A DNA stretch of 64,000 nucleotides from the human T2T-CHM13v2.0 reference genome, Homo sapiens, in the NCBI RefSeq assembly GCF_009914755.1, contig NC_060927.1; one strand, 5' to 3'. The position numbers were made by a program, and so were the translations under genes. Under the pieces are notes generated by a model that did not search any database, was not told the origin of the DNA, and was given only the letters and a program-made list of their open reading frames with translations. Positions 48,289 to 61,419 of this stretch are shown one piece after another. Numbering within the stretch: the first letter of the stretch is position 1; each line of letters opens with the position of its first letter.

Positions 48289-50154
48289 GGTTTGCTCATT
48301 AAGGTTTACAAAATTGAGTGAGCAATGATGAAGGATAACAACCAGCCCGGCAAATTTGAACTCACGGGCATTCCTCCTAAACCCTTTGGATTTCCACAAA
48401 TTTAAATAACTTTTTATATTGATGCCAACAGCATCTCAAATGTGTTTGCTGTTGATAAGAGATCAGGAAAAAAGAAGATTAAAAGACAAATGACCCAGTG
48501 TTTGCCCATGGAAACACTGAGTATTTGGTCCAAGAGGCATAGAAGTACAAAGCTGGAAAACGAGAAACAAAGAGACAGAGTTTCTTGTAAGAAGTTGCTC
48601 AGATCCTATGTATTCAATAGGCCACAGTGAAAAATGAGAGACGGCAAAGCAGAATCAAAGATGAAGTCAAACACAAGACTCCTGACAAGTGCAATGGAGT
48701 CATCAATGACTGGTCAAGAATCTCATTACTGAGAAGGAAGAATTTAACATCAGCCAAAAGAGCTGGAGAGGGTAAAAACCCTGCCATTATCACAGTGTAA
48801 CAGAGCTAGCACCATGCTAGGTGCTTTGCTAGGGACTTCCCTAGAAGTGGTTGCCCATCCTCTAGAGGTGTGTCTTCTGGAACCATGACTACAGAAACAG
48901 AATAAGGCAACCAAAACTCAACATGAAGTTTGAACATGAACACACAGTCATGAAATCCTACTCTGATTTGTAGGAAGTCAGTTTAGTGACAGTTTTTTTA
49001 AAAAATCATACTTGGGCTGCTATTTCATATATTATTAGACATTTTGAATATCTGAATATACACAGGGTAAGGAAATACAGTTGCACTTTATCCACATGAT
49101 AAATAGGTAGAAAGTACAATTCATGATAGAGGACAAAGGCTTTTAAAGTTGGCATCACTAAAAAAATAAGAAAAACAGTGAGTCCAGACTACTTAACTTA
49201 GTGTAAGACTGTCCCTCCCCAGCCCCAATACATACCTACAACTTCCCATTTCCTATCACTGACAGCACTACTACCTTGAGACCACCGGAACTGGTTTCAT
49301 TGTGTTCTTTATCCCTCTTTATATCATCAATACCAGAAGTCCCAAATTCCCCTTTTATACTTGTTTACTGCATTGTAATTCCCATAAGGCTCTGCACATT
49401 CCCTATTTTCTCCCACATCTTCTCCACCCCCTCAACTCCTGATATCCTTCCACTGTGCCCCTGGAACTCACAGTCTTTCACAATTCCATACAGCTTCAAT
49501 ATCTTCTCTGAATAGACCCTTCACCTCCTTGCTCTAACTAAAACCTGAATATTCCATGAGGATCCTGTTTCCTTTGTAGGCTTCTTAAGTGGTAGATGTT
49601 TTTCCCACATCAGTCTTCTAGTAAGCCTGGATGGAGTCTGTATCCTTCCTGAAACTCATTGCTACTTCCAGACTCTTTGCTCTCCCTCCTGTGTAAATTC
49701 TTCCCTCAGCTTTGAATCTCAGGCCATGAGACTCTGCCACCCTCTACCCCTTTTTCTTGCAGTCACCTACTAACTCTCAGATCATTTCTCCTCATTTCTT
49801 AAGGATCTTGGCATAATTCACTATTACTCTCATTAACACTACTCCTGTCTTAATTACTGATTTCAAAATCTACACAGATGTCCCTTTTAACATTTAGGCC
49901 CATCAGTTCCTTGAATTTTCTCCACCAGTGATATTTTCCTTGACACTATCTCAGCCAGTAATTCTAGGAGTTACACCCTACACTTTAGCAATATCAACAG
50001 TAAAAGCACTGAATAATCCTAGTTTCTAAACATTTCTACCTCTAACCTCCTACCTTTCCACTCACTCCTGCTAGTGCCTCAATTCCAACAATCCTTCAAT
50101 CAATACTTGACCTACCATCCATTGATCATACTGCCATTCACCTCATATCCCCCG

Positions 50155-50924
50155 ACCATATCCTTTGCCCAAGACTGTGGGAGCCCACCTCTTGCATCAC
50201 TGTGACCTGGATGTGAACATGGAGTCAAAGGATATCATTTTAGAACTTTAAGACTGTCCCACTGGATTTTGGACTTGCATGGGGCCTGTAGCCCCTTTTA
50301 TTTTGGACAATTTCTCTCATTTGGAACAGGTATATTTACCTAATGCCTGTACCCCCATTGTATCTAGGAAGTAACTAGCTTGCTTTTGATTTTACAGGCT
50401 CATAGGCAGAAGGGACTTACCTTGTCTCAGATGAGACTTTGGACGGTGGACTTTTGAGTTAATGCTGAAATAAGACTTTGGGGGACTGTCAGAAGGCATG
50501 ATTCATTTTAAAATATGAGGACATGACGTTTGGGAAGGGTCAGGGGTGGAATGATATGGTTTGGCTGTGTCCCCACCCAAATCTTATCTTGAATTGTAGC
50601 TCCCATAATTCCCAATTCCCATGTATCATGGGTGAGACCTGGTAGGAGGTAATTGAATAATGGCAGTGGGTCTTTCCTGTGCTGTTCTCATGATGGTGAA
50701 TAAGTCTCATGAGATCTGATGGTTTTATAATGGAGAGTTCCCCTGTACACATTCTCTCTTGCCTGACTTCATGTAAGACATCCCTTTGCTTTTCCTTTGT
50801 CTTCTGCCGTGATTGTGAGGACTCCCCAGCCATGTGGAACTGTGAGTCCATTAAACCTCTTTCCTTTATAAATTACCCAGTCTCGGGTATGTCTTTATTA
50901 GCAATATGAGAACAGACTAATAAA
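50155..50924 (+). mobile_element. THE1 internal 3' end plus THE1B/C LTR (LTR 50552-50924)
   Basis: Polypurine tract, then tgatatggtttggctgtgtccccacccaaatc...gaacagactaata. Confidence 0.88.
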
Positions 50925-51127
50925 TCTTTCCTTAACTAGGTTAAATTTGATAGCAAATCATATAACCACTACCTTGAATACACCTTCAGTATACTTCACT
51001 TGCCCTTTCCTCACTTCATGGTGTTTGCTTGGCAAAACTCCCATCCATGTTAAATCCATTTTTTTTTTGCTTACACTGATATAACTGGCCATAGCTGAAG
51101 AAAGACACATACAGTCATAATTACTGT

Positions 51128-51608
51128 TTTAGGTTAGGTTCCCAATAAACAGATCATGAGAAAAAAAATTATATACAAGTGACTTATTAAGGAAATGTTT
51201 GGGGAACTAATAAGAAATTTGGGGAAGCAGGTCAAGAAAGGGGAGAAAGCTAAGCAAAGGTGTGATCTAAGACAAAGTCCCTTAGAGGGTAGCTTCAGCC
51301 TGATCTCACCAGTGTGTAGGTGGGGGTAAAGGTAATGGGGGAACTCTGCCGTGTCAAAGTTCAAAACATGTCTCTGAAGCAAGGATAATGAAAATTTCAT
51401 ACTTCTGAATCACTATTGGTTAAGGTCCATCTCAGGTACTACAACAGTAAGAGCAAAGGGTGCTCCAATAGCCTGAGGGCAGTTTACCAAAAAAAGAGGC
51501 ATAGATGCTGTTTATTGGAAGCAAAAACCAACAAAGGCAGGACATGTACAGCAACACTAGAAAGGGATCCAAGAGGATCTGGACAAAGCATTAGTAATAT
51601 CTACTGAA
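51128..51608. mobile_element. Old MLT1 (I/J-like) LTR
   Basis: ggttaggttccc..aaacagat..tgag start and ggatctgg...atctactg end. Confidence 0.55.
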
Positions 51609-52696
51609 ATATCTATTCTTGCTTCAAATTCATGACCTCAGCAAACCTCAAAGTGAACCACATCTGGCAATCATATTTCCTTAGCTCATTTATTCTCCCA
51701 TTCTCTTGGATGGCTGTTTCATAATTCTCTCTCCTCAAACCTCAAACACTTTCTTCTCCATCTTCATTCTCAGCTAATTAATTACCTAGGTTCCTATTTC
51801 AACGAGCAAATAGGAGCAATCAGATGAGAACTTCCACAAGCTTACACTACTGTATCTACTGCATACAATAATCTGTACACATATATTCTGTCTTCCCTCC
51901 AAAGTCTGCAGAAGGACGTGCACATTTCTATCTAAGGGCAACCCCTTCTCTTGCATATTAGAGTCCTGCCTTCTTAAGGACTTCTTTCCAGGCCTCTCTC
52001 CTACACAAAATTTTCTCTTCTAGATTACTGTCATCAGCATACAAATATGATGTTATTTTTTAAAAAGCTTTCTCTTGACCTCACTTCCCCCCTACTTAAA
52101 ACATTTCTATTTCCTTTCGTAGAAAAACTCAAGAGATTACACGTCCTCCTCCTATCTTCTTAAACCCATTTCAATCAAGCTTTCATTCCCTTCTTTCCAT
52201 TAATACTACTTTTTCAAGATCACTAATACAAACCATGGTTTTCCCCCACCTCTTTGGCCACTTCTTCTAAGACTCCTTTGTAGGTTTCTCTTAATTTGCT
52301 AACTTCTTAATATTGGGGTGCCTTGGACTCAGTCTCCAAACCTCCTTTTTATGTGAACTATTTTCTAAGTAAGACCTTCGATCTTATGTCTTTAAATATC
52401 TTCTTTTTGTCGATGGCTCTCAAATTTATATGTCTAGTCCAGATCTCTGCCCCGACCTCAAGACATAACCAACTGCTTACTATACATATCTACTTGGATG
52501 TCTAAAAGGCATCTTGAAACTTAACACTCCAAAACTGAGTTCCTCAAATTTCCCCCTCAAATCTGCTTTTCTATAGTCACCTACATTTCAGTTCACAATA
52601 ACCCTATTCTTTCAGTTACCAAGGCAGAAATGAAATAATCTTCGTCTCTTCCTTTCCTAGCCCACATTTAATCAGTTAGTAAACCCTTCAAAATAC

Positions 52697-53641
52697 AGTC
52701 ATGCATTGCTTAATGACAGGGATGTGTTCTGGAAAATATGTTGTTAAGTGATTTTTGTCACGTGTAAACATCCTAGAGTGCACTTACACAAACCTAGATG
52801 GTATAGCCTATTATGCACTGATATATAATTATGTTTTATGATCATAAATGTCTCATAATGGAGTCACTTATGACAAGTGACTCAGCTTACAGTGAAATCA
52901 CTGACCACTCAGAGTAGTAAGCATATGTGTGGTGGACTGAGGTGATAAGATAGCATCTGCTGTGGCCAGGCATCCCTGACACCTGACAAGAAAGTAAAGC
53001 CAAAAGTCAGCTGAAGATAATGGCCATGGAGATGTCTGTGGAGAGCCGTAAAAGCCAATCATGGCTGAGATGCCTGCAGAATCTCTGCCCATGAGAACTC
53101 TGAGGCCTCCTTTCCTTTGGCTGTGGTAAGCCCTCTGGGAAAAGAGCAGCTACCCACCACCAGGTCAGTGGGCATTCTGAGGAAAACCAAACCTGGTTTT
53201 CTCAGTCAGTGTGCTGGTCTCCCAGAATACTTGCTGTGTTTCCCTTCTCTATTAATGCCTATGTGTGTTGGATAGAGTTACATGATTGTTGTGTAGAAGC
53301 CACACAATAAATCGTGAATTCCTAAGCATTTAATTGGCACTGATTCGTTGTGAAACTTCTCAGCTGGTTGGAGTTAGCATAAATAGGCTGATTTGAACCC
53401 GATAGGACACACCTGAGCTCTGTGGTACAGCCTGCTGCTCCTAGGCTATAAACCTGTGCAGCATGTGACTGTACTGAATACTGCAGGCAATTAATTGTAA
53501 CAAAATGATAAGCATTTGTGTATCTAAACACATTTAAACATAGAAAAGGTACAGTAAAAACACAGTATTATAATCTAATGGGACCACTGCCGTATATGCA
53601 GCCCGTCATTGACCAAAACGTCATTATGCAGCATGTGACTA
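52697..53641. mobile_element. Tigger3/MER7-type element split by an LTR-like insert
   Basis: TIRs cagtcatgc..tgcttaatgac / gtcattatgcagcatgtgact; body resumes at ~53410. Confidence 0.8.
52819..53409 (+). mobile_element. Solo-LTR-like insert, family not identified
   Basis: ~590-bp TG...CA block interrupting the Tigger; AATAAA at ~53307. Confidence 0.55.
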
Positions 53642-54989
53642 TATACTTACACTATGACCACTTCTTACCCATTCTACACTCCCACTCTGGTCTATGCCAC
53701 TAATATCTCCCTGCTGGAACACTGTAATACATTGGTGTCCTTGCTTCTGCCCTTGGCCCCTTCAGTCAACTCTCAACACAAGAAGCAGAGATTCTGTTTT
53801 TTTTGTTGTTGTTGTTTGTTTGTTTTTTTAAAGATTACTTCCCTCCTCTGCTCAAGCATGTTTTAAGTCTCTCTCCATCTCAATTCAAAGTAAAAGCCAA
53901 AGTCTCTTTATTGCCTGACAGGGTCCCTGTTGCCCTTGCTTACACTACTTCAGGCATTTGGGCTGTGTTTCCTCAACACACTGGGCACACATCCCTTCCA
54001 GGGCCTTTGCATTAGCAGTCCCCTCTGTCTGGAACACTCTTTTCCTGGATATTTACATGGCTCACATTTTCATCCCCCTTCAAGTCTTTGCTGAATGCCG
54101 TGTGCTCGAGGAAATCTTCCTGCCCCACACCCAAACATTTCCTATTCTCTTTTCCTCCATGTTACATATCAACTTCTACATTGTAAAGTTCAGAAGCTGA
54201 TTTTCCTGTCTGTCTTCTACAAATACAATGGAAGTTCCAGGGAGGCAAGATTATTGTTACATCCTCAGTGGTTGATACAGTGCCAGATACATATTAGGCA
54301 CTCAGCTGCAAATCACAAGTTTTGTTGTATCAAGCTATATAATACTTTCATTATTGATTAATTCTAAATATTTTATCTTTCCAATAAGATTTAATTTTTG
54401 CAAATTTTAAAAGTAAATCTTGCAGATAAAAAGAGTATTTATGAAATTGGTAAGGCATGAGGAATAGTAATGCCACAAACACCATTTTCACTACCCGGAG
54501 AAAATTACTGTCTTTGAAACCCTGTATGTCCTTCCCCTTGAGTGACTACCATTCTGAATTTTATATTTATCATTCCCTTGAAGTTTATCTCTGTATATAA
54601 TATACTGTTAATTTCTTCACGTTTTTCATTCTGTGTTATGTACAGCTGTAGCTGAATCATTTTCACTGTTGTATGCTACTCCATTATGTGAATATACTGC
54701 AATTTATTCATCCATTCTGTATCTATAGACATTGTGTTGTTTCCTGGATTTTTGCTATTACAAACAGTACAATGAACATCTTTGTAGATTGTCCCCTTAT
54801 ACTGTAGTACAAGAAAAGTCTCAGGAGTATGTATCTATGAGTAGAACTGCTAGGTCATAGGTCATGTGTATCTTCCCAACTTCATTTTTACAAGATCATG
54901 TTGAGTTATTTTTCAATAGCAGCTATACTAATTCACACCCCTATATGAGTCCCTGTTGCCCCATATCCTGATGCTTGATATTGTCAGAT

Positions 54990-55285
54990 TTTTTTTTTTT
55001 TTTGAGACGGAGTCTGCCTCTGACTCACCCAGACTGGAGTGCAGTGCTGTGATCTCAGCTCACTAAAGCCTCTGCCTCCCAGGTTCAAGCAATTCTCCTG
55101 CCTCAGCCTCCCGAGTAGCTGGGATTTACAGGTACCCACCACCACACCCAGCTAATTTCGTATTTTTAGTAGAGACGGGGTTTCACCATGTTGGCCAGGC
55201 TGGTCTCGAACTCGACCTCTGGTGATCCACCTGCTTCAGCCTCCCAAAGTGCTGGGATTACAGGCATGAGCCACTGCACCCAGTC
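54990..55285 (-). mobile_element. AluS
   Basis: TSD tattgtcagattttt on both sides. Confidence 0.94.
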
Positions 55286-56360
55286 TATTGTCAGATTTTT
55301 TAAAAGTCAATTTGGTGGTGTGAAATGGTTTCTCATTGTGTTGTTTTTTTTTTTTTAATTTGCATTTCCCTTATTACTACAGTATAATAAAGTTGAGCAT
55401 CATCAAGTTTTCGCCCATTTTTCTGGTGAGCTATTATAGTTATATTCTGAATATTTTAACCATTATATGCACTGAAAATATTTTCTTCTGTCTTTTCACT
55501 TTAAGTCTTTTAATGAAAATTTATCAGTCATTTCCTTTGTGGTTTCTGCTGTTGTCTTTAAAATATTTTCTTCTCTAAAGTCAAAAATATAACTTACACA
55601 TCTTCCAAACATTTATAGTTTAACATTCAGTTCTTTTATCTACCTGGAACTGTGTGAGATAAAGAGTCTAATTTCTATTTCTTCATACAGATAACAATTA
55701 TTCCAGTATAACTTCTTGAAAAGTTCTTCTTTTCCCCCCACTGACTCTCAGTGCCAACATTGTCACTTATCAAACTTCTATAAATATGTGGGTCTTTCTG
55801 TGAACTCTCTGTTCTATTTTATTGGTCTGTCTATCTCTGTGCTAATATCATACCATCTTAACTCAAATTTCCCACCTTGTGGTTCTTTAAAAATGTTTCT
55901 GCTATCCTTAGCCCTTCGCTCTTACACATAAAATTTAGGAGCACTTTTTCAAATTAGAGAAAAAAATTAGGATTTTGATTGTCATTGCTTTGAATCAATA
56001 GATCAACTGGAAGAAAAAAGTTTGCAATATTGAATATTCCTATTCAACAACATGGCATCTCTCAATTTTTAAAATTCTTTTTAAGGTCCTAATAAAAGTT
56101 TTATCATTTCTCTACAAAGGTATTGCACATCTTTTACTTAGGTAATTTATATTTTTGATGCTCCTGTAAGTTTTTGAAAATTACATTTTAACTGTTGCTA
56201 AAGTAGAGAAATGCAGTTGATTTCTGTACACTGAACTTTGATAGTCTTTTACTGTCTATGTAGATTATTGGCTCTTTAATCCATGAATCACTTAATTTAT
56301 AAACATGTATTTGTTAGCTATCTTCTGTTAAACTTTTGGTATTAAAAAAACACATATTCC

Positions 56361-56683
<323 letters not shown>

Positions 56684-58095
56684 TGATTCTTTTGAGTTTC
56701 TGAGACTTCCTTCATGGCCTATGTGTTTTCAATTTTTATAAACTTTTTCATGTGTCCTAGAAATGAATGTGTGTTCTCTGTGGGATCCAGAGTTCCATAT
56801 ATATTTATTAAACCAAGCTTATACAACATTTCTGGAAGCAATTTTTATACCACAACTAATTTACAACTAATTTCATTTTTTGAACACGGTTATGGTTTAA
56901 CATTCAGCTTGGTTCAGAATTAAGTATCTTTCAGTTATGTACCTCTTCAACACTCCTACAATATGAACGTTACTATCTCCTTTTTGCCAAAGCAGGACTA
57001 GATGTTCAAAGGGTAACTTGTCCAAATTCCACAGCAATTGAAATAGTTGAAATTTGAACTTTGATCTGTTTCAGTTTGTTACAACACAAGGCTTCTAGCC
57101 TAGAAATCTCAGCTATTCTTTATTCCACCTTTCCCTTCATCTTCCAATATCTATTGGGACATGGGACCTTTAAATTCTACACCCTAAAATGTTCCCTGAT
57201 CCATCTCATTTATTATTATTTTCATTTTCACCAAAATCAGTAGTCAAAGAATATAAATGCCAGTGATAAAATACCACTAGCACACTATGTTGTTGCAATT
57301 TTTACGCCCTTTCACCTATATTACGGTATTTCATTTCATTAATAAGACTAATCAAAATAGGTATTACAACTTAGGAAACTAGTTCTCAGAGTGTTTATGT
57401 AACATATTTAAACTCCCAGACAGCAAGTGACAGATCCAGTTTTCTGAATGATAGGACTCTTTCTGTAGCCCTGTATTAGTAACAATGTTATTTTTAGAAT
57501 AAAGTTTTAAGAATGTATTATCTATTGTAAAACATCAGACTAAAGCCAGATTCCCGGTGGGGAACGCTACTCTCAGGATCCTCTCACTCAGTTCCATTAC
57601 CTCACTTCAAAAAACCTGAGGCCCAAAGTGGTGCTGTGACCTCCTAAGTGGAAAAGCTAGTACTCGAATTCGGATCCTCCATCTGGTGTCATTAACTCAG
57701 CCTCCCGGAATACGGCCAATCAAACGGAATTACACCAGCTTCTCAGAAAAAGATCTAATGGCTGTATCACAAAAGAAGGCATCTATTTCTCAGAATTTGT
57801 AGCCTTAATTGCCTTGGTGAATCCTCAAGGGACATAAATCCATCCTTTAACAAAGATTCCTTTGGATAGTAGAATGGTGAACGTTATTGCGCTTCCATTA
57901 CCGCCCTCCAATTGGGAAGCCCCCAGCATCGAATTCGGAGGGCCGGCAATAGCAGCTCATGCCTGTAGGGTGCGTCCACTGACTGCAGGAAAAGCAATCA
58001 GGGTGGGAGAAACTTAGGAAACCACCCAGGGCCAAAGGAAGGAAAACTCAATGTACAAATTTTTTTCCGCTGGAGGCAAAGGCTGACATCCATAC

Positions 58096-58244
58096 CTGTA
58101 CTGGGCAATGGTCAGCGTAGCCTCACGTTCGGCCCCAAAGCCAGACAAGTGCTGGTTTAGGTAGGCCTCCAGGGACTTGCTGTCGAACTTGTGCTGGGGC
58201 AGCACTTCGGCCAAATCGGACTCGCCAGTAGCACCTGGCTTCAT
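58096..58244 (-). CDS. ACAD11: ACAD11 exon 1 coding part (MKPGATGESD...TIAQY)
   Basis: ATG at 58244-58242, donor AG|GTATG, 149 nt. Confidence 0.97.
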
Positions 58245-59320
58245 GATCACCCCCGCAGGCCACAGCAACGCGGCATCCACAGGTCTCGAGTGCCGAAGTC
58301 CTTCAGGATTGGGGCAACGTCCCCTCTAGAGCATGGGCCGAGGCCGGGGTGGGGTCTGGCTCCAGCCAACCGCACACAGCCTACGCGCCGTTGCTGAGCA
58401 ACGCTTGCCCGCTGAATCCCGAGGTTTTAGCTCTAGTCAAGTGCCAAAAGAGCCCAATGTGTGTTCGGGTTTCAATTCTCCAGTCAGCGTCAGAGTTGGA
58501 GGCCTCAATTTTAAAGAAGGCAAAGCCATGGTCATCGTTGCGGGTAAGGAACAACGCAGAAGCCTCTTCCACCCCCAAATTTAATGCAACAGCAGGCGGA
58601 AGACCTGCAGGGTCCCGTTCAGAAAAAGGGCCGTCAGACTGTCGAGCCTAAGAATAAAAAGACCCTGTTTCTCTTAGATACCCGGTTAGCAAGGCAACAT
58701 CGCTGGCCTCCTGTCCTGGACACTTATCACCCCGGTGCTGCTGCGGCCGGGTTTAGCCGGCCCAGCGAGGAAGGAAGCCGAAAGAGCCAGGTTTTTGATG
58801 AGGGGGAGCGATGTCTGCGACGCACCGGAAGCGGCTCCGAGGAAGGCCTGTGGGAGTCTCGGAGACGTGTCTGTCTGTGAGGCGCTGGGTGCACGTCCCC
58901 AGGGCTCTGGGCTAGGAAGGCAGCGGCGAGGTGCCTCCCCACGTACCCCTCGCGGGCCCAGCCGAGCAACGTGGGGCGAAGGCGGCGGCGAAGGCCCGGG
59001 CTGGGAGCGTTGGCGGCCGGAGTCCCAGCCATGGCGGAGTCTGTGGAGCGCCTGCAGCAGCGGGTCCAGGAGCTGGAGCGGGAACTTGCCCAGGAGAGGA
59101 GTCTGCAGGTCCCGAGGAGCGGCGACGGAGGGGGCGGCCGGGTCCGCATCGAGAAGATGAGCTCAGAGGTGGTGGATTCGAATCCCTACAGGTAACCTGC
59201 GTCGCCGGTCGGAGGCAGGCGCGGGGGACGAGGTCAGGCTCCGTGAGGTCAGAAGTGAGGCGCTTCCCACGTCCCGCTCATGGGGACGCCCGCCACCCTT
59301 TTCTTGGTCTGCGAATCCTG
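58100..59320. promoter_or_regulatory. CpG island / bidirectional ACAD11-UBA5 promoter
   Basis: High GC and CpG; start codons head-to-head with 786 nt between them; ETS/GABP-type ACCGGAAG at 58824-58831. Confidence 0.88.
59031..59191 (+). CDS. UBA5: UBA5 exon 1 coding part, UFM1-activating E1 (MAESVERLQQRVQELERELAQERS...VVDSNPY)
   Basis: Strong Kozak gccATGG, recognised N-terminus, donor AG|GTAACC; exon 2 not found in the window. Confidence 0.96.
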
Positions 59321-59719
59321 TTCCCAAATGGGCAAGGCCACATCTTAGTACTGATCGGAAGATATTCTTTCTCTTTTTTAAAAACCTCCAGTGAGTCAGC
59401 CATATGGTGCTGCTCCTGTGCCTGCTGAGGACGTGTGTCCAGTTTCCTATCACCCTTGCCTCTTAATTAGTCCGCCTCGCTGTGTATAAGACTGATAGTA
59501 AGAACTTTCAGAAGATGAGATCAAATATTAAACCTGCTAAGGTAAACTTTGAGTTTCATTAAAGGCTTATCAATGCATCTTAAATGGGGTCGGGGCGGGG
59601 GAGAGCGGGGTTAGCTCTATTCTGAGATATTCGGGTGCTCCTTAACATCTCAAACCATTCGACATTACCAAGACTGCCCAGGCCTCTCTTTTCTTCTTTC
59701 CTAACAAAGCTTATCAATT

Positions 59720-60180
59720 CAGCAGATGGAATATAGTGCAATGGTTAAGGGTAAGGACTCTACCGCCAGACTGATTGCAATTCAAATCTAACTACTCTCT
59801 TCGTAACTGCCTAACCTTTGGCAAGTTGTGAAACTTTCCGCTTCAGCTTCTCACCTGTACAATGAAGATAATAGTAATATCTATCTCTGTCATAGTTGTG
59901 GGGATTGAAAAAATCAGTATGTATAAAGGTCTTAGAGTAGCGCTTGTACATGGCAAGCCTTATACAAGATTTTATTGCTAGGTGCATTTAGTAGCAAGCA
60001 GTTATTGAGCTTTCACTGTGTAAGCACTTTACATGCATTGTCTCCTCCCACCAAAACCCTATGAGATTGCTACTATTTTACCCCCATTATATAAGTGAGA
60101 AAATTGAGGCTTAGAGAGCCACCTCAGGTTCATGCCTTGGTAGTAAATAATAAGGCCTGTCTTGCATTAGATTTGTCTTA
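59720..60180. mobile_element. Two MIRs in opposite orientation
   Basis: atatagtgcaatggttaag... (+) followed by cccattatataagtgagaaaattgaggcttagaga (-). Confidence 0.7.
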
Positions 60181-61419
60181 ATGTAAAATTCTCATGAACC
60201 GTCTCCCCAGTAAAAACAATTAAGTCGTGTAGCTAAAAATTGTATAGTGTTAAAGTAGATAAGGAAGATTTTATTGTTGCTTTTTTCCTTTAAAGAGCAT
60301 AACAGTTTTGATTTTTAAAAAAGGTTTTAGTTTGTGATATATAAAGCCGCAGTAGAAGTCTTAGGGTGCACTGTTTTAACTGTGTTGCCAAATATGAACG
60401 GTTAATGGTCCAGAATTTTTAGAGATTAAATAAGCATGAACTGACATCTCTAATCAGAATAAGTGGAAACTATTTGACATTTTTAAAACATTTTAAAATT
60501 TTACAAATGAAGACTTTGAAATTTTCCCTCCAGAATGAAAAGCAGAGGAATATGGGTCATGAATTTAAGTTGTCTTTCAGACATTATTTAATATGAGATG
60601 ATCCCTTGACATTGTAATTATAACAAAACTTTCAGAACTCAAGTCTAAATATGTAGTATTTTCTATCTGATTTGCACCATTGACTTTATTAAAATTGCTA
60701 TACAGGAGATGGCAGTTTGATACCCAAAGCTGTTCACTGATATATGGAATTTTAATAAAGTTCAGCTTTAATTTTTTGAATTGTTCATACAGCAAATATT
60801 TACTGAGTACATTTTTGTCTCCAGTCCTCCTTGACAATATTATTTACTTTGTATTGAGTACTTATTGTGTGCAGACACTGTGAATATAAAGTAGACATGG
60901 TCTTTTCCCTCTAGAGCTTACCAGATGAGTGTGAGATAAATAGAAAAGTAAACATGCCATTGCAGTACAGGTGATAAGAATTATGATAAAGTACAGTGTT
61001 ATTATTGATAAAGTACAGGTTATTGAATTATGATAAAGTACAAAAGGTTATAGGAAAGGGATATGTATGTGTTCAACACCATTTTAATTGCTTCAAGAGA
61101 TACAAAAGAAATATAAAGCACCTGACTTTTGCTTCAGTTTGAGAGACTACATGGAGGTGGGATATTAAAAAACACAAGTAACCGTAAAATTATGTGTTAT
61201 GGAATATAGTTATAAGCATGTGGAAAAATTGGAGAGGCTTTGAGATTAGAAAACCTGGTATCAAATCCTGGCTCAGAAACCCAGCTCAGAATACCACTTG
61301 CCAGTTAGCTGATTTTGGGCAGTTGATTAACCCAAACCGTTTCCCTCATCTGTAAAAGGGGGTTGCCATCCATGCTTCTCAGATTATTTAAAGATTGAAG
61401 GGAGCATCAAGGTAAGGAT

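Larger units (their letters stand above)
49250..54330 (+). mobile_element. Long fragmented L2, interrupted by THE1, MLT1, Tigger and LTR inserts
   Basis: Pyrimidine-rich L2 motifs (ctacttggatgtctaaaaggcatcttgaaacttaac; cagggcctttgca...ccctctgtctggaac). Confidence 0.65.

Noticed and set aside
58245-58280. 12-aa N-terminal extension of ACAD11 (MDAALLWPAGVI)
   Set aside because: The ORF-track start is GTG, not ATG, and nothing supports its use.
58333-59453. Many GC-rich ORFs on both strands, including a GTG-started UBA5 extension
   Set aside because: Expected stop-codon scarcity in a CpG island; no recognisable proteins.
60980-61042. Three spaced tgataaagtaca repeats resembling a CRISPR-like array
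   Set aside because: Short slippage duplications in a human intron; irregular spacing and no cas genes.
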